Part shown: positions 1 through 14,272 of the stretch, in pieces
Position numbering within the stretch: position 1 is the first letter of the stretch
How the letters are laid out: every line of letters starts with the position of its first letter
Assembly (NCBI GenBank): GCA_051294375.1
Contig: JBJCIZ010000744.1
Span: forward strand, 86,206-150,205
DNA from: Paraspadella gotoi
Lineage: Eukaryota; Animalia; Chaetognatha
Direction of reading: 5' to 3'
DNA length: 64,000 nucleotides
The notes under the pieces: generated by a model
The model's database searches: none
What the model saw: only the letters and a program-made list of their open reading frames with translations
Told to the model about the DNA's origin: nothing
Translations under genes and position numbers: made by a program

Positions 1-216
1 TTGATTTATCATAACTTATAATGGTTTTGCTATTTTATAAAAATTTTATATACAAACCGTCATTCCCGACAAGAAAGATAAAATTATACAAAAAAATGGT
101 CATCACCATCGAATTCTACAGACTACATTACACTAAAATAGCTATGTACCTCACTTGATTTGTTATATTTTGTTATTTTTCAACGCTCTACTTTACAATC
201 CACTTTCTTTTCTTAG

Positions 217-301
217 GCGAATCAGAAAAGTTAATGAGAAAAATGGAGGAAATTTCAGAGAAAATCATTCGTTGGATTCGTTCGACTTCAATCCCCTCAC
301 G
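217..301 (+). other. Candidate orphan internal exon (85 nt)
   Basis: Polypyrimidine acceptor (ctttcttttcttag) before 217 and a strong donor G|GTGAGT after 301; open in two frames; no recognisable protein motif. Confidence 0.2.
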
Positions 302-539
302 GTGAGTAACCGGTTATGGTCGCTGCAGGTACAAAGTCCTAAGCTTTTTGTATGGTTCCTCACCTACCCACCTCGTTACCATAAAACATTAAAATCAATT
401 GCCACGCGCGTTGTGAGTTGAACTGGAAAATGTGGAAGCATTTAATTTCACATATCGACCAAAGCTGTCCGCGTGATTCTTCACAAATTTTGACGAATTT
501 TTGTGATGGAAAACGAAATTAGAGGAAAAGTAACGTGAT

Positions 540-583
<44 letters not shown>

Positions 584-717
584 AGCGATGAAGATGACAT
601 CGACTGATAAGAGGAAGTCGATATCAAAGACNNNNNNNNNNGGGATTGGAAATGTGAGGCGCGGAGGAAATGGAGGAAAACTTTGCTAACGACCGAATCG
701 AAGAATCCGAAATCACG

Positions 718-758
<41 letters not shown>

Positions 759-1009
759 TTCCCTCATTGTTGTAGTTGTTGTTCCCCTTCGTCTTTATAT
801 CGACGTACGGTTTTTCTCCTTTCTCTCCTCTTTATCTTTCTGCCCTTATTTCTTTTCCTACTGTCTTTCTCTCTTTTTACTTTCTTTTTTTCTCCCTCTT
901 TCTATCTCCCTCTTTCCTTTCCTCCTTTTTTTTCCTTCGCGTTAGAAACTCGATTCTTTCTTTTCTTCTCTTCCTCTTCATCAATGAGTTTCTCATATTC
1001 ATGGCTCGC

Positions 1010-2035
1010 TCCCTCCTTTCCTCCTTTTTTCCTTTCCTTTCCTCTATGGCTTTTCCTTTCCTTTCCTCTACACCATTCCTTTCCTTTCTTTTCTTCTCTT
1101 CCTCTTCTTCAATGAGTTTCTCATATCCATGGCTCGCTCTCTCCTTTCCTCCTTTTTTTCTTTCCTTTCCTCTACACCATTGCTTTCCTTTCCTCTATGA
1201 CTTTTCCTTTCCTTTCCTCTACACCATTCCTTTCCTTTCTNNNNNNNNNNNNNNNNNNNNNNNNNNNNNNNNNNNNNNNNNNNNNNNNNNNNNNNNNNNN
1301 NNNNNNNNNNNNNNNNNNNNNNNNNNNNNNNNNNNNNNNNNNNNNNNNNNNNNNNNNNNNNNNNNNNNNNNNNNNNNNNNNNNNNNNNNNNNNNNNNNNN
1401 NNNNNNNNNNNNNNNNNNNNNNNNNNNNNNNNNNNNNNNNNNNNNNNNNNNNNNNNNNNNNNNNNNNNNNNNNNNNNNNNNNNNNNNNNNNNNNNNNNNN
1501 NNNNNNNNNNNNNNNNNNNNNNNNNNNNNNNNNNNNNNNNNNNNNNNNNNNNNNNNNNNNNNNNNNNNNNNNNNCATTCCTTTCCTTTCTTTTCCTCTCT
1601 TTTCCTTTCTTTCCCTTCCTTTCCGCCTTGTCTTTTCCTTTCCTTTATGACTTTTCCTTTCTTTTCCTCTACTCCATTTCTTTCCTTTCCTCTATGCCTT
1701 TTACTTTCCTTTCCTCTACACCATTCCTTTCCTTTCCTTTATGACTTTTCCTTTCTTTTCCTCTACTCCATTTCTTTCCTTTCCTCTATGCCTTTTACTT
1801 TCCTTTCCTCTACACCATTCCTTTCCTTTCCTTTATGACTTTTCCTTTCTTTTCCTCTACTCCATTTCTTTCCATTCCTCTACTATGTCTTTTCCTTTCC
1901 TTTCCTTTATGACCTTTTCCTTTCTTTTCCTCTACTCCATTCCTTTCCTTTCCTGTATGTCTTTTCTTTTCCTTTCCTCGACACCATTCCTTTCCTTTCT
2001 TTTCCTTCCTTTTCGCCTTGTCTTTTCCTTTCCCT
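1010..2035. repeat. Pyrimidine-rich minisatellite (about 94-bp higher-order unit built on TTTCC), interrupted by a gap
   Basis: Recurring blocks cctttcctctacaccattcctttcc / atgacttttcctttcttttcctctactccatt, e.g. near 1645, 1741 and 1835. Confidence 0.85.
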
Positions 2036-3176
2036 CCTCCTACCCCTCCCTCTCCCTCTCCATCTCTCCCTCTCCCTCTCTCTCCCTCCCCCTCTCTCTC
2101 TCCACTTCCTCCCATCGGAAACCGACTCAGTTCCTCTCTCTCTCTCTCTCTCTCCTCCGGTGGCTGCAGTTTCCCCCACAGTTTCCGGTTTTTCCGGATT
2201 TGAGGCCGCCGACGCGGCAGCCGCAGCCGACGCGGCCGACGCAGCTTCTGCAGCTTCACAAGCTACGCTCCGAGACGAGGAATTAATTTCATACTTGTTA
2301 AAGCTAAACGACGTTATGACGTTAAAAATTATAAAAACGTAAATATTACAAGCAATTTTTTTAAAAAAGCTCGAGAATATATGGACCGATTGACTGACGG
2401 ACAGCCCGACAGCCCGACTTGGAAAGACTTTTCGAAAATAAGCATCTATGAGAAAGAAAAAGAAAAGGAAATACTTTTTTTTTTCATTTCTCGACGTCAG
2501 CAGCGGCCGCACGCGGCGGCGGAGGAGCCGCACGCGGCGGAAACGCCGGCCGCAGCGGCGGAAAGATTGGATTGGCCCCAGCGACTGAAATCTAATTGGA
2601 GTTAGGCATTGTAAGCCGCCGTGGGACCTTGAAACCAATCTTCAAGAGCGAGTTTGAGCCGGAGAGAGAGGGAGAGAGAGAGAGAGAGAGAGAGAGATGA
2701 AAATGAAGTGAGGATGGAATAGAGGGAAGGAATTCGAAGGGAGGAAGATTAGAATGCGGATTAAAGAGAGAAGGAAAGATTAGGATGAAGAGAAATTGTC
2801 TGAAGTTTAAAGAGAGATTAGAATTGAGAGTTTGGGGAAGATTAAATTCAAAAGAAGAATATAATTTTTCAATGGGAGGATTAGAAAGGGAAGCCTCGTA
2901 ATGGAATTACAAAGAGACATACTAAGAGACATACAAAGAGACATGCTAAGAAGGAAATTAAGTTTAAATTGTGGAAAATCTTGAGAGTAAAATGGTTACG
3001 CAACATTTTAAAACTTAGTATACGAAAAATATTACGTATTAATGGAAGTTACTATTTACAGATTAGGGAGAACCGTATATCAATCTACAATATATACAGC
3101 GACCTTTCCTAAGCTTTCTCTTCTGTATTGTAATTAAAGTCTAAAAAGAAAAAAAAATGTCATTTGTAGCTCACTC

Positions 3177-3213
<37 letters not shown>

Positions 3214-3944
3214 NNNNNNNNNNNNNNNNNNNNNNNNNNNNNNNNNNNNNNNNNNNNNNNNNNNNNNNNNNNNNNNNNNNNNNNNNNNNNNNNNNNNNNN
3301 NNNNNNNNNNNNNNNNNNNNNNNNNNNNNNNNNNNNNNNNNNNNNNNNNNNNNNNNNNNNNNNNNNNNNNNNNNNNNNNNNNNNNNNNNNNNNNNNNNNN
3401 NNNNNNNNNNNNNNNNNNNNNNNNNNNNNNNNNNNNNNNNNNNNNNNNNNNNNNNNNNNNNNNNNNNNNNNNCAAAAAACCAAACAATAAACAAACAAAC
3501 AAAAGACATGATACTTCCTACGAAACAATCAAAATGATAAAATATGAAAACTGTTTTTTTAAATAACTTCTTTTCTTAACCGACTTAAGAGGAAAAAAAA
3601 GTCAAGAAAGAAAAAATCCCGCAAACAAAATTCATGGTTAAACTCGTTGCTGATGAAGACCGAGAGGCGAGGAATTGAAATTGCAAATTCTCTCTCCCTC
3701 TCTCTCTCTNNNNNNNNNNNNNNNNNNNNNNNNNNNNNNNNNNNNNNNNNNNNNNNNNNNNNNNNNNNNNNNNNNNNNNNNNNNNNNNNNNNNNNNNNNN
3801 NNNNNNNNNNNNNNNNNNNNNNNNNNNNNNNNNNNNNNNNNNNNNNNNNNNNNNNNNNNNNNNNNNNNNNNNNNNNNNNNNNNNNNNNNNNNNNNNNNNN
3901 NNNNNNNNNNNNNNNNNNNNNNNNNNNNNNNNNNNNNNNNNNNN

Positions 3945-3978
<34 letters not shown>

Positions 3979-6489
3979 ATTCATTAAAAGCCCAAGATTT
4001 TATCTCTCTCATCAATTTGTAATGTCTTCTCGCAAAGACTTCCCTTCCTCACCGCCTATCATTTTCCTCGCAACTTTTTTTTTCCCCTTTCTTCTGCTTT
4101 TTCACACTCATTTGTCATTTAATGTCCTTTTTCCTCCTTTTTTTATCTTCCCTTCTTTCCTTAATTTTCCTTTTTTCGCTTTCTTCTATACTTTGTCCTT
4201 TTCCTTTAAATGCCTTGTTACCATCGTATTTTAGTTTCTTCGGCTTTCTTCCCTACATTTCCCTTCTTTATATCTTTCTTCTTAGTTTTTTCTATTTTTC
4301 CTTTTATATCCTGCCTTCCTTTTTTTTGATCTTCACGTTTTTCCCTAATATTCCTTTTTTCTCTTTTTTCTTCATATTATTCCTTTTTTCTTACGGTTTA
4401 GTTTCCGACTTTTGTTTGCCAGATAGTTGTTATTCCGCTTATCAGCCGTTTTCCCAAGAAGTTCCATTACGTAATTTCGATGAATTTTTCTTATTAACGC
4501 GTATCATCGGCTTTGTGCTCTCGCTCTCGGCTTTGCTCTCTCTCGATCTCTCATCTCATCGTCTCTCATCTCTCTCTTACTCTCTCTCTCTCCTCGTCCT
4601 TCTCCCTTGCCCTGCGGATCTATTTTCCAGAAAACTATTAAACAACATCTTAAATACATTCAATCATACAATTTAAAATCAAGTCTTTTTTTAACTATAC
4701 TATAAAATAAACTGTTCTAAACTCGTTTAAATGCAAACAAGATTCCAAGGCCGAGCGAAGCCGCTCATCCAAATGCAAACAAAATTCCCTTTGTTTGCAT
4801 GATTGCGATCAGAATCTTCTTGTTTTCTTTTGAAGACGACGAACGTCGACATTCTTCAGAAGTGGCGTCACCTACGATCAAATCTTCATACTTTGACAAA
4901 TTTGGTCAGTATTTTGGATTTTAAATATGGTCATTAAGTTTCAAATTCGTTTCTTTATTTTTGGTGACGAAAATTTGAAAAGTTGAAGAATGAAATTGTT
5001 TACATACAATCGAAGATTGAAAAAAAGTTAAGTCTCTGTAATAAAACCATTTTATTGTTTACAGGGTTAGGTTCTAGACAAATATTGCCCCCGGCGGAAA
5101 TACGGGCGTCGAACCCGGTAGTTCGTAATCATGAGTTGAGCCACCCTGTAACTGTCGTTACAGGGTCTGTCCGCTTGTCATTTCTTCATTTCTTTATCAA
5201 CAGTATTCAATTTAAAAAGAAAATGTTCTATCGAATTTTAATTCTCAAACTTTCTCTCCTTTTTTTTTTCCGTCGAATTTTCCAATTCAATTCTTGAATC
5301 CAAGTTTAGGTTGGATGCGAGAGAAGAGGGACACGCCTCGATGCGAACCTAGCTTCTTTGCTTTACTTTGCTTTTTTACTTTGCTTTACTTTTTCTTGAC
5401 TCATTTAAAAAAAACTCGCGTTTATTCAGGGAATAGTTTTTCTTCTTTTTCTTCTTTTTTCGTCATTTTTTTTCGCGTTGGAGCCGTGAAATTCAAACAA
5501 TGGCCACTTAAGGGTCACACTGTATTTGTGACCCCTTTGTCAATTGTTCCCCCCATGTTTAGTTTCGTCGCCTTTTTCCCAAATACATTCTCAGATATTT
5601 GAAATATTTGAAATATTTCTCAAAGAGTTTTCGGTGTAATTATAAATTTACAAAATCGGTTTGATGTTAAAAGAATAGTATGTACACAAATACATTATTG
5701 AAAATTGAGCTTAACGAATTTGACCATTGACATTACTTTCACTTGTCGCCGATTCGGAAAATTTAAAGGATATTCTCTCTCTCTNNNNNNNNNNNNNNNN
5801 NNNNNNNNNNNNNNNNNNNNNNNNNNNNNNNNNNNNNNNNNNNNNNNNNNNNNNNNNNNNNNNNNNNNNNNNNNNNNNNNNNNNNNNNNNNNNNNNNNNN
5901 NNNNNNNNNNNNNNNNNNNNNNNNNNNNNNNNNNNNNNNNNNNNNNNNNNNNNNNNNNNNNNNNNNNNNNNNNNNNNNNNNNNNNNNNNNNNNNNNNNNN
6001 NNNNNNNNNNNNNNNNNNNNNNNNNNNNNNNNNNNNNNNNNNNNNNNNNNNNNNNNNNNNNNNNNNNNNNNNNNNNNNNNNNNNNNNNNNNNNNNNNNNN
6101 NNNNNNNNNNNNNNNNNNNNNNNNNNNNNNNNNNNNNNNNNNNNNNNNNNNNNNNNNNNNNNNNNNNNNNNNNNNNNNNNNNNNNNNNNNNNNNNNNNNN
6201 NNNNNNNNNNNNNNNNNNNNNNNNNNNNNNNNNNNNNNNNNNNNNNNNNNNNNNNNNNNNNNNNNNNNNNNNNNNNNNNNNNNNNNNNNNNNNNNNNNNN
6301 NNNNNNNNNNNNNNNNNNNNNNNNNNNNNNNNNNNNNNNNNNNNNNNNNNNNNNNNNNNNNNNNNNNNNNNNNNNNNNNNNNNNNNNNNNNNNNNNNNNN
6401 NNNNNNNNNNNNNNNNNNNNNNNNNNNNNNNNNNNNNNNNNNNNNNNNNNNNNTTCACTCTCTCTCTCCTCTTCTCTCTCTCTCTCTCT

Positions 6490-6525
<36 letters not shown>

Positions 6526-8789
6526 CTCCTCTCGCCTCCTCCACTCTCCTCTCCTCTCTCTCCCAGCTCCTCTCCAAGAAAAAAAGGCAGACTCACTTCG
6601 ACTTAAATTAAAAAAGTTAGGGTCGCAGTTTACGCTGCGACACATTCGCACCCCCGTCTACCTCCCCCCCTGCCCCCCTCTTAAAGCATCTCGCTCTGTT
6701 TTTCCCGCCGCTGTCTCACGTCCCGAGAGGAAAAAACGGGATTTTGACGTGGCCGGAATTTCGGTGGGGAGGCGGCAGCGGCGGCGGAGGCGGCGGCAGC
6801 GGCGGCGGCGGCGGCGGCAGCGGCAGCGGCAGCGGCAGCGGCAGCGGGCGCGCTCCGGAATTGGATTTTTCCTCCGCCGACGTCAACCGAAATTAATTTG
6901 CATAAGACATAAATTGTTTACTGCGTTACATCCTTCATAACGGCGGGAAAGTCTCGACCCCGCTGCCGATTCTCGGCTCGTCCTTGCTTGGTTGCTTGGT
7001 TGCTTGCTCGTTTGCTTGCGTCTTAACTCGCAAATTTTGCGTCGGGAGCCAAAACTTGGATTCGGGAAATTAGCTGTTTTATCGTAGTTTTGTTTTTTGG
7101 CGTTTTTTATCATCGGGCATCGAGATGAAAGAACGTACTCAAAGTTAGCTAATTTTTTCAAACATAATACATAAAAGGGCAAAATTGAATTGTCACAGAA
7201 GTTCTCTCATACTCTGACGATCACATTCTCCACGTCAGTTTTGACTCTTTCTCGCTCATTTTTGATCTCCTTTATCTCTCGCCTCCTTTCATTCTCCCTC
7301 TCTATCTGTTTCCCTTCTTCCTCTTCTCTTTTCCCCACATCCCCTCTTCCCCTCGCCCCCCCTCTTTCCTCCCTCGGATCCGCGAGACGAGAAAAACAAA
7401 GTTTGACAACGAATCATATTCGATTATTTCCGATCGTTTTGGCAGCGATTTCACAGTTCGGTTCCGTTAGTCCGATTCCGATCTTTTTGGATAAATTACG
7501 TTCGAATTAGCCACGGGATTTTTAAAAATTCTTTAAATATATGTATGAATCTTATTTTCGTGGTAGGCTTATTGTGTTTACATACAAATGGCTAGAGCAA
7601 TGAGCCAAAAAATATTTTCAAAAATCCTAAATTAATAAGTAACAAATTAATAAATACGCGATAAAATGTTCCTTCTTAAGAAGAAAGTGGTCAGTAGACG
7701 GAATTCTGTACATAATACGAGTCTACTATTAACTTTAGGTAATAAAATTCCCCAAAAAGCAACACAAACTGTTTCCGGCATATAAGACCAAATTTAATAC
7801 AACGTCAAAACGAAAAAAATAAAATTAACAGAATAATTCAAGGGTAGTAGAATTAACGACAAAATGAACATTGAACCTTGAAAAATTTTCCTTTTGTACG
7901 GACTTACCCTACCGAAAAAAAAATTCCGGAGGGAAAGCAACACAAAGAAATCACAGTTGAAAATGTGAACAAAAAAAAAGGAAAACATGAGGGGAGAGAA
8001 ATCGAGAGATTTGAAATTTTTTGTAATTAATCACTGTGTGGGTGGAACACCTGCAACTCGGGAGTGATATTGAGGAGAGGGGGGGCAGAGAGAGAGTGCG
8101 AGAGAGATCATTGAACAACCGAGAGGGGCTTTAGGCACTAAGTTAGACCCTTAAAATCGACTTAGATAACTCGGATATTAATTTTTAAGATACTGAAAAA
8201 CGGTTTAAACTTACTAAAACTTATACAGAAGGTAAAATGTTTGTAATTAAGTATTACTTAATAAGTAATTAAGGCTCGGTTTGGACGTCTTATGTACATA
8301 CATACTTGATGCCTAAAACAAGGAACAACATTGTTTGGCAAATTCGAAATTCATTTGAAATTAAAGATAATAACACACACAGATAAAGATAATACACACA
8401 GCAGAGAGAGTTCCCTTTGACGCGACGAAGAGGAAAGTTCAAAATGTTTCGCCACTCTTGAGGCCGTTAGGGTCAGGGTAAGGGTCACTTACTCTGTTTT
8501 GGCGGGAAAAGGTCGGAGGTCAGTTGGAAGGATGAAAAAGAAAACGTTACATATATTAATACACACTGTGCCAGATTCGGTTACTTTGTTGCACTTTAAG
8601 GATCATAAGAAATTAAAAAAATAATATTAAAAAAATACTTGTTTTTATTTCTTTAGCTCTTTATGTCTGTCTCGGTTTGGTCTCTCCCTGTTTTTCAAGA
8701 TAGAAAAAGAAAGAGAGAGAGAGAGAGAGAAACGATATTTTAAAAGAAAAAGTAAGATACTTAGAAAGATAACACTAAAAGAGAACGAC

Positions 8790-8821
<32 letters not shown>

Positions 8822-10264
8822 NNNNNNNNNNNNNNNNNNNNNNNNNNNNNNNNNNNNNNNNNNNNNNNNNNNNNNNNNNNNNNNNNNNNNNNNNNNNNNN
8901 NNNNNNNNNNNNNNNNNNNNNNNNNNNNNNNNNNNNNNNNNNNNNNNNNNNNNNNNNNNNNNNNNNNNNNNNNNNNNNNNNNNNNNNNNNNNNNNNNNNN
9001 NNNNNNNNNNNNNNNNNNNNNNNNNNNNNNNNNNNNNNNNNNNNNNNNNNNNNNNNNNNNNNNNNNNNNNNNNNNNNNNNNNNNNNNNNNNNNNNNNNNN
9101 NNNNNNNNNNNNNNNNNNNNNNNNNNNNNNNNNNNNNNNNNNNNNNNNNNNNNNNNNNNNNNNNNNNNNNNNNNNNNNNNNNNNNNNNNNNNNNNNNNNN
9201 NNNNNNNNNNNNNNNNNNNNNNNNNNNNNNNNNNNNNNNNNNNNNNNNNNNNNNNNNNNNNNNNNNNNNNNNNNNNNNNNNNNNNNNNNNNNNNNNNNNN
9301 NNNNNNNNNNNNNNNNNNNNNNNNNNNNNNNNNNNNNNNNNNNNNNNNNNNNNNNNNNNNNNNNNNNNNNNNNNNNNNNNNNNNNNNNNNNNNNNNNNNN
9401 NNNNNNNNNNNNNNNNNNNNNNNNNNNNNNNNNNNNNNNNNNNNNNNNNNNNNNNNNNNNNNNNNNNNNNNNNNNNNNNNNNNNNNNNNNNNNNNNNNNN
9501 NNNNNNNNNNNNNNNNNNNNNNNNNNNNNNNNNNNNNNNNNNNNNNNNNNNNNNNNNNNNNNNNNNNNNNNNNNNNNNNNNNNNNNNNNNNNNNNNNNNN
9601 NNNNNATTTTTATTTAATTTCTATATGTTAATTGATCATATCGTCCCAAATTTTTCGATGTGCGTTTTTTTAAAAACTCATTTAATTAACTGTATTTACA
9701 GCAAATAACGTCTTCGAGACTTGTCTGTACTAAATCAATATAATTATAAGTAGTTTAATTTAATTAATTTCATTAATCGATTCGTTAGTGTTTAACAATC
9801 TCAAGTACGTAATCAACTCATTACATTTATAACCCTTTATATAATCAATATATTTATATAATATATATATCAATGTATCAATCTCTCTATACGTCAATCC
9901 TTTTATCCGTCCATCTTCGCTCGATTTTCATTTAGTTTCCACCAGGTGGCGATGGAGAGAAACGCGTCTCTAAATCGTCGCCAGAGAAAAAAAAGAAGGG
10001 CGATGAGAGAGAGAGAGAGAGAGAGAGAGTAGATTATCAATTTCTTCTCTAGATGTTTGATGTTAGGTAGAACCCTTGGGGAGAGAGAGTGAGAGAGAGA
10101 GACAGAGAGATAGAGAGATAGATAGAGAGAGAGAGCCTCTGCAAACGGCCGATGGCACACACAGCTGTGTCTTGTTGATCTTTTTTTCCTCCATCTCACT
10201 CTCTCTCTTTCTCACTCTGAGTGTCCCGAGTCATGTCGTCGAATCGACGAACAACGAAGAACGC

Positions 10265-10332
10265 TGATTGGTCCACTACTAAACGACGAGGGAGAGAACG
10301 GGCCAATCGGAGAACGAGACGTGACGTCACTG
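10265..10332. promoter_or_regulatory. Promoter-like cluster: two CCAAT boxes and a palindromic CRE
   Basis: GATTGG near 10266, CCAAT near 10302 and GTGACGTCAC at 10321-10330; no linked gene visible because of flanking gaps. Confidence 0.35.
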
Positions 10333-13300
10333 GCAAAGGGGGGAGGAAAAACGAGAGAGAGAGAGAGAGAGAGAGAGAGNNNNNNNNNNNNNNNNNNNNN
10401 NNNNNNNNNNNNNNNNNNNNNNNNNNNNNNNNNNNNNNNNNNNNNNNNNNNNNNNNNNNNNNNNNNNNNNNNAGAGAGAGAGAGAGAGACGCTCCGGACG
10501 TGGCCGACCCCGGGCGAGATAAGCTACGCCCCTGATTCTAGTCTCAAATAATGATTTTTTTTTTTAAGCAAAAAAATTAAGTCTTTCTAATCTTCTTCTA
10601 ACCTCAAATTCTTTTTTTCTTTATTTGTCTTTAATTTCTTTTTGGGCCCGAATTTTTTTTCCTTTTTTGTCTTTCTTTTTCAAAATTGCGTCGGATGTGT
10701 TGCGACGCAGAAAATCTCTAATGCAGCAATGCCGCAATGCCTTAATATTTAAACATGACATGAAGACTTTTTTTTGCGACAGGAATCTTTCAGAATTAGC
10801 TTTTCCGCCTAACTTGAAACAGAGTATATTTGATATGACATTTTTAATTGCTAAAATGTTAATATTAAGTTGGTGTATTTTAAAAAAAATAGGTTTTTTA
10901 CTACTTTCGATAGTTTTTTTTTGATTACGAGGACGAATGGACCCACGAGGGAGGAATTAATTGAGCCAATCGTCTCTCTCTCCCTCTCTCTCTCTCTCTC
11001 TTTAAAGAAGAGACAGAGACGGAGAGAGAAGAAGTGGCGAGAGAAATATTATGAAGCTAATTTGACAAAAGCATCAAAGAAGGTCAAATGGAAAAAGGGC
11101 ATCGAGGACTACGAGGGGTCAAAGAATATCATCAGCGGAAAGGAGGAGGGGAGACGACGACGNNNNNNNNNNNNNNNNNNNNNNNNNNNNNNNNNNNNNN
11201 NNNNNNNNNNNNNNNNNNNNNNNNNNNNNNNNNNNNNNNNNNNNNNNNNNNNNNNNNNNNNNNNNNNNNNNNNNNNNNNNNNNNNNNNNNNNNNNNNNNN
11301 NNNNNNNNNNNNNNNNNNNNNNNNNNNNNNNNNNNNNNNNNNNNNNNNNNNNNNNNNNNNNNNNNNNNNNNNNNNNNNNNNNNNNNNNNNNNNNNNNNNN
11401 NNNNNNNNNNNNNNNNNNNNNNNNNNNNNNNNNNNNNNNNNNNNNNNNNNNNNNNNNNNNNNNNNNNNNNNNNNNNNNNNNNNNNNNNNNNNNNNNNNNN
11501 NNNNNNNNNNNNNNNNNNNNNNNNNNNNNNNNNNNNNNNNNNNNNNNNNNNNNNNNNNNNNNNNNNNNNNNNNNNNNNNNNNNNNNNNNNNNNNNNNNNN
11601 NNNNNNNNNNNNNNNNNNNNNNNNNNNNNNNNNNNNNNNNNNNNNNNNNNNNNNNNNNNNNNNNNNNNNNNNNNNNNNNNNNNNNNNNNNNNNNNNNNNN
11701 NNNNNNNNNNNNNNNNNNNNNNNNNNNNNNNNNNNNNNNNNNNNNNNNNNNNNNNNNNNNNNNNNNNNNNNNNNNNNNNNNNNNNNNNNNNNNNNNNNNN
11801 NNNNNNNNNNNNNNNNNNNNNNNNNNNNNNNNNNNNNNNNNNNNNNNNNNNNNNNNNNNNNNNNNNNNNNNNNNNNNNNNNNNNNNNNNNNNNNNNNNNN
11901 NNNNNNNNNNNNNNNNNNNNNNNNNNNNNNNNNNNNNNNNNNNNNACGACGACGACGACGAAGACGACGATGAAGACGAAAACGATGACGTTCGAAATTC
12001 CATCTCAGTTCAGATTTTTAATTCGATTGTCATTTATCAAATAATATAGAAAATATTATTATAACCAACTATAGCCTGTTCGGTGTCAGGGGCAAGACAG
12101 CTGGTTTATTTACTGAAGATATATATATATTGGTTTGTATTAATTGTACCAACTTCTGATCGCAATTACAGATTCCAGACTATCGGATTTTTTTAAAGAG
12201 AGAAAAAAATTAAGTCACATCTTTCAATTTCGTCATAGGCAAAGTATTTAGTTTCCATTTCTCACTTTGAATATTTTTTTTCGACTTAAGTTACTATGTC
12301 CCCTTTTTTTCCTACCCTCTCTTCCCTCCTTCTCCCTGCTTTCCCAATACTTCTACTTCCCTCCTTTACCTCCCTCCCCCTCTTCCTATCTTCCTCCCTC
12401 TCTCCCTTCCATTCCTCCTNNNNNNNNNNNNNNNNNNNNNNNNNNNNNNNNNNNNNNNNNNNNNNNNNNNNNNNNNNNNNNNNNNNNNNNNNNNNNNNNN
12501 NNNNNNNNNNNNNNNNNNNNNNNNNNNNNNNNNNNNNNNNNNNNNNNNNNNNNNNNNNNNNNNNNNNNNNNNNNNNNNNNNNNNNNNNNNNNNNNNNNNN
12601 NNNNNNNNNNNNNNNNNNNNNNNNNNNNNNNNNNNNNNNNNNNNNNNNNNNNNCCCCCTCCTCTTCTTCTCCTTGCAGACTCTGCCTTCCTCCAGTTCGC
12701 CATTCTGATGCAAATGCCTTGCCACTGGCCCCGACGCCCGCCCGACTCTCTCTCTCTCTCTCTCTTTCTTTCTCTCTCTCTCTCNNNNNNNNNNNNNNNN
12801 NNNNNNNNNNNNNNNNNNNNNNNNNNNNNNNNNNNNNNNNNNNNNNNNNNNNNNNNNNNNNNNNNNNNNNNNNNNNNNNNNNNNNNNNNNNNNNNNNNNN
12901 NNNNNNNNNNNNNNNNNNNNNNNNNNNNNNNNNNNNNNNNNNNNNNNNNNNNNNNNNNNNNNNNNNNNNNNNNNNNNNNNNNNNNNNNNNNNTCTCTCTC
13001 TCTCTCTCCCTCTCTCTCTCTCTCTGTCTCCCTCGTCGAGGGATAAATTCATTTTTATTTTCGCAATTAAAGACGGTCTCCGGTTTTCGATCTTTCTTCG
13101 CGCGAACCTGAAACAGCATAACTTTACAGTTCAGTCGTTCACAGTTTCAAAGCTGTTTCTCTCCTTCTATGTCAGCATGTTAGTCTCTCTCACTCTTACT
13201 CTCTCTCTGTCTCTGTCTCTCCTCTCTCTGTCTCTCTCTTTCTCTCTCTCTTTCTATAAAATTTTGTACCTTTGGCACAAAGAATATTCATCTTCTTATC

Positions 13301-13724
13301 TCTTTTTCCCAGTGTGAAAAATTCAGCTGTTTTAAAATTCGACTGGTTTTGAAATAAAAGCCAAAATGCTACATCTATACTTACACNNNNNNNNNNNNNN
13401 NNNNNNNNNNNNNNNNNNNNNNNNNNNNNNNNNNNNNNNNNNNNNNNNNNNNNNNNNNNNNNNNNNNNNNNNNNNNNNNNNNNNNNNNNNNNNNNNNNNN
13501 NNNNNNNNNNNNNNNNNNNNNNNNNNNNNNNNNNNNNNNNNNNNNNNNNNNNNNNNNNNNNNNNNNNNNNNNNNNNNNNNNNNNNNNNNNNNNNNNNNNN
13601 NNNNNNNNNNNNNNNNNNNNNNNNNNNNNNNNNNNNNNNNNNNNNNNNNNNNNGAGAGACAGAGAGACAGAGAGCGAGAGAGACACTCAGAGAGAAAGAG
13701 AAAGCGAAATTGGAGGTTGTAGGA

Positions 13725-14145
<421 letters not shown>

Positions 14146-14272
14146 GAAGAAAGAGAGAAAAAGAGAGAGAGAGAGAGAGAGTCGTAGATTCGTTTGAGGT
14201 TTTTTCGCAGTCATTTTTCGAAACGCCTGTGGTTTTATAGGCTTTTGCAGGTCTCAGCGAGATTTAAAATTT

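Noticed and set aside
2160-2605. GC-rich Ala-rich mini ORFs
   Set aside because: Open in several frames because of GCN repeats; no consistent splice sites or known motif.
3650-3672. CTGATGAAGACCGAGAGGCGAGG resembling a hammerhead core
   Set aside because: Stem II is broken, GAAA is absent and there is no stem III or cleavage triplet.
5068-5153. TACAGGGT ... ACCCTGTA mini inverted repeat resembling a Tc1/mariner MITE
   Set aside because: Only about 8 bp pair and there is a single copy in the window; too weak to call.
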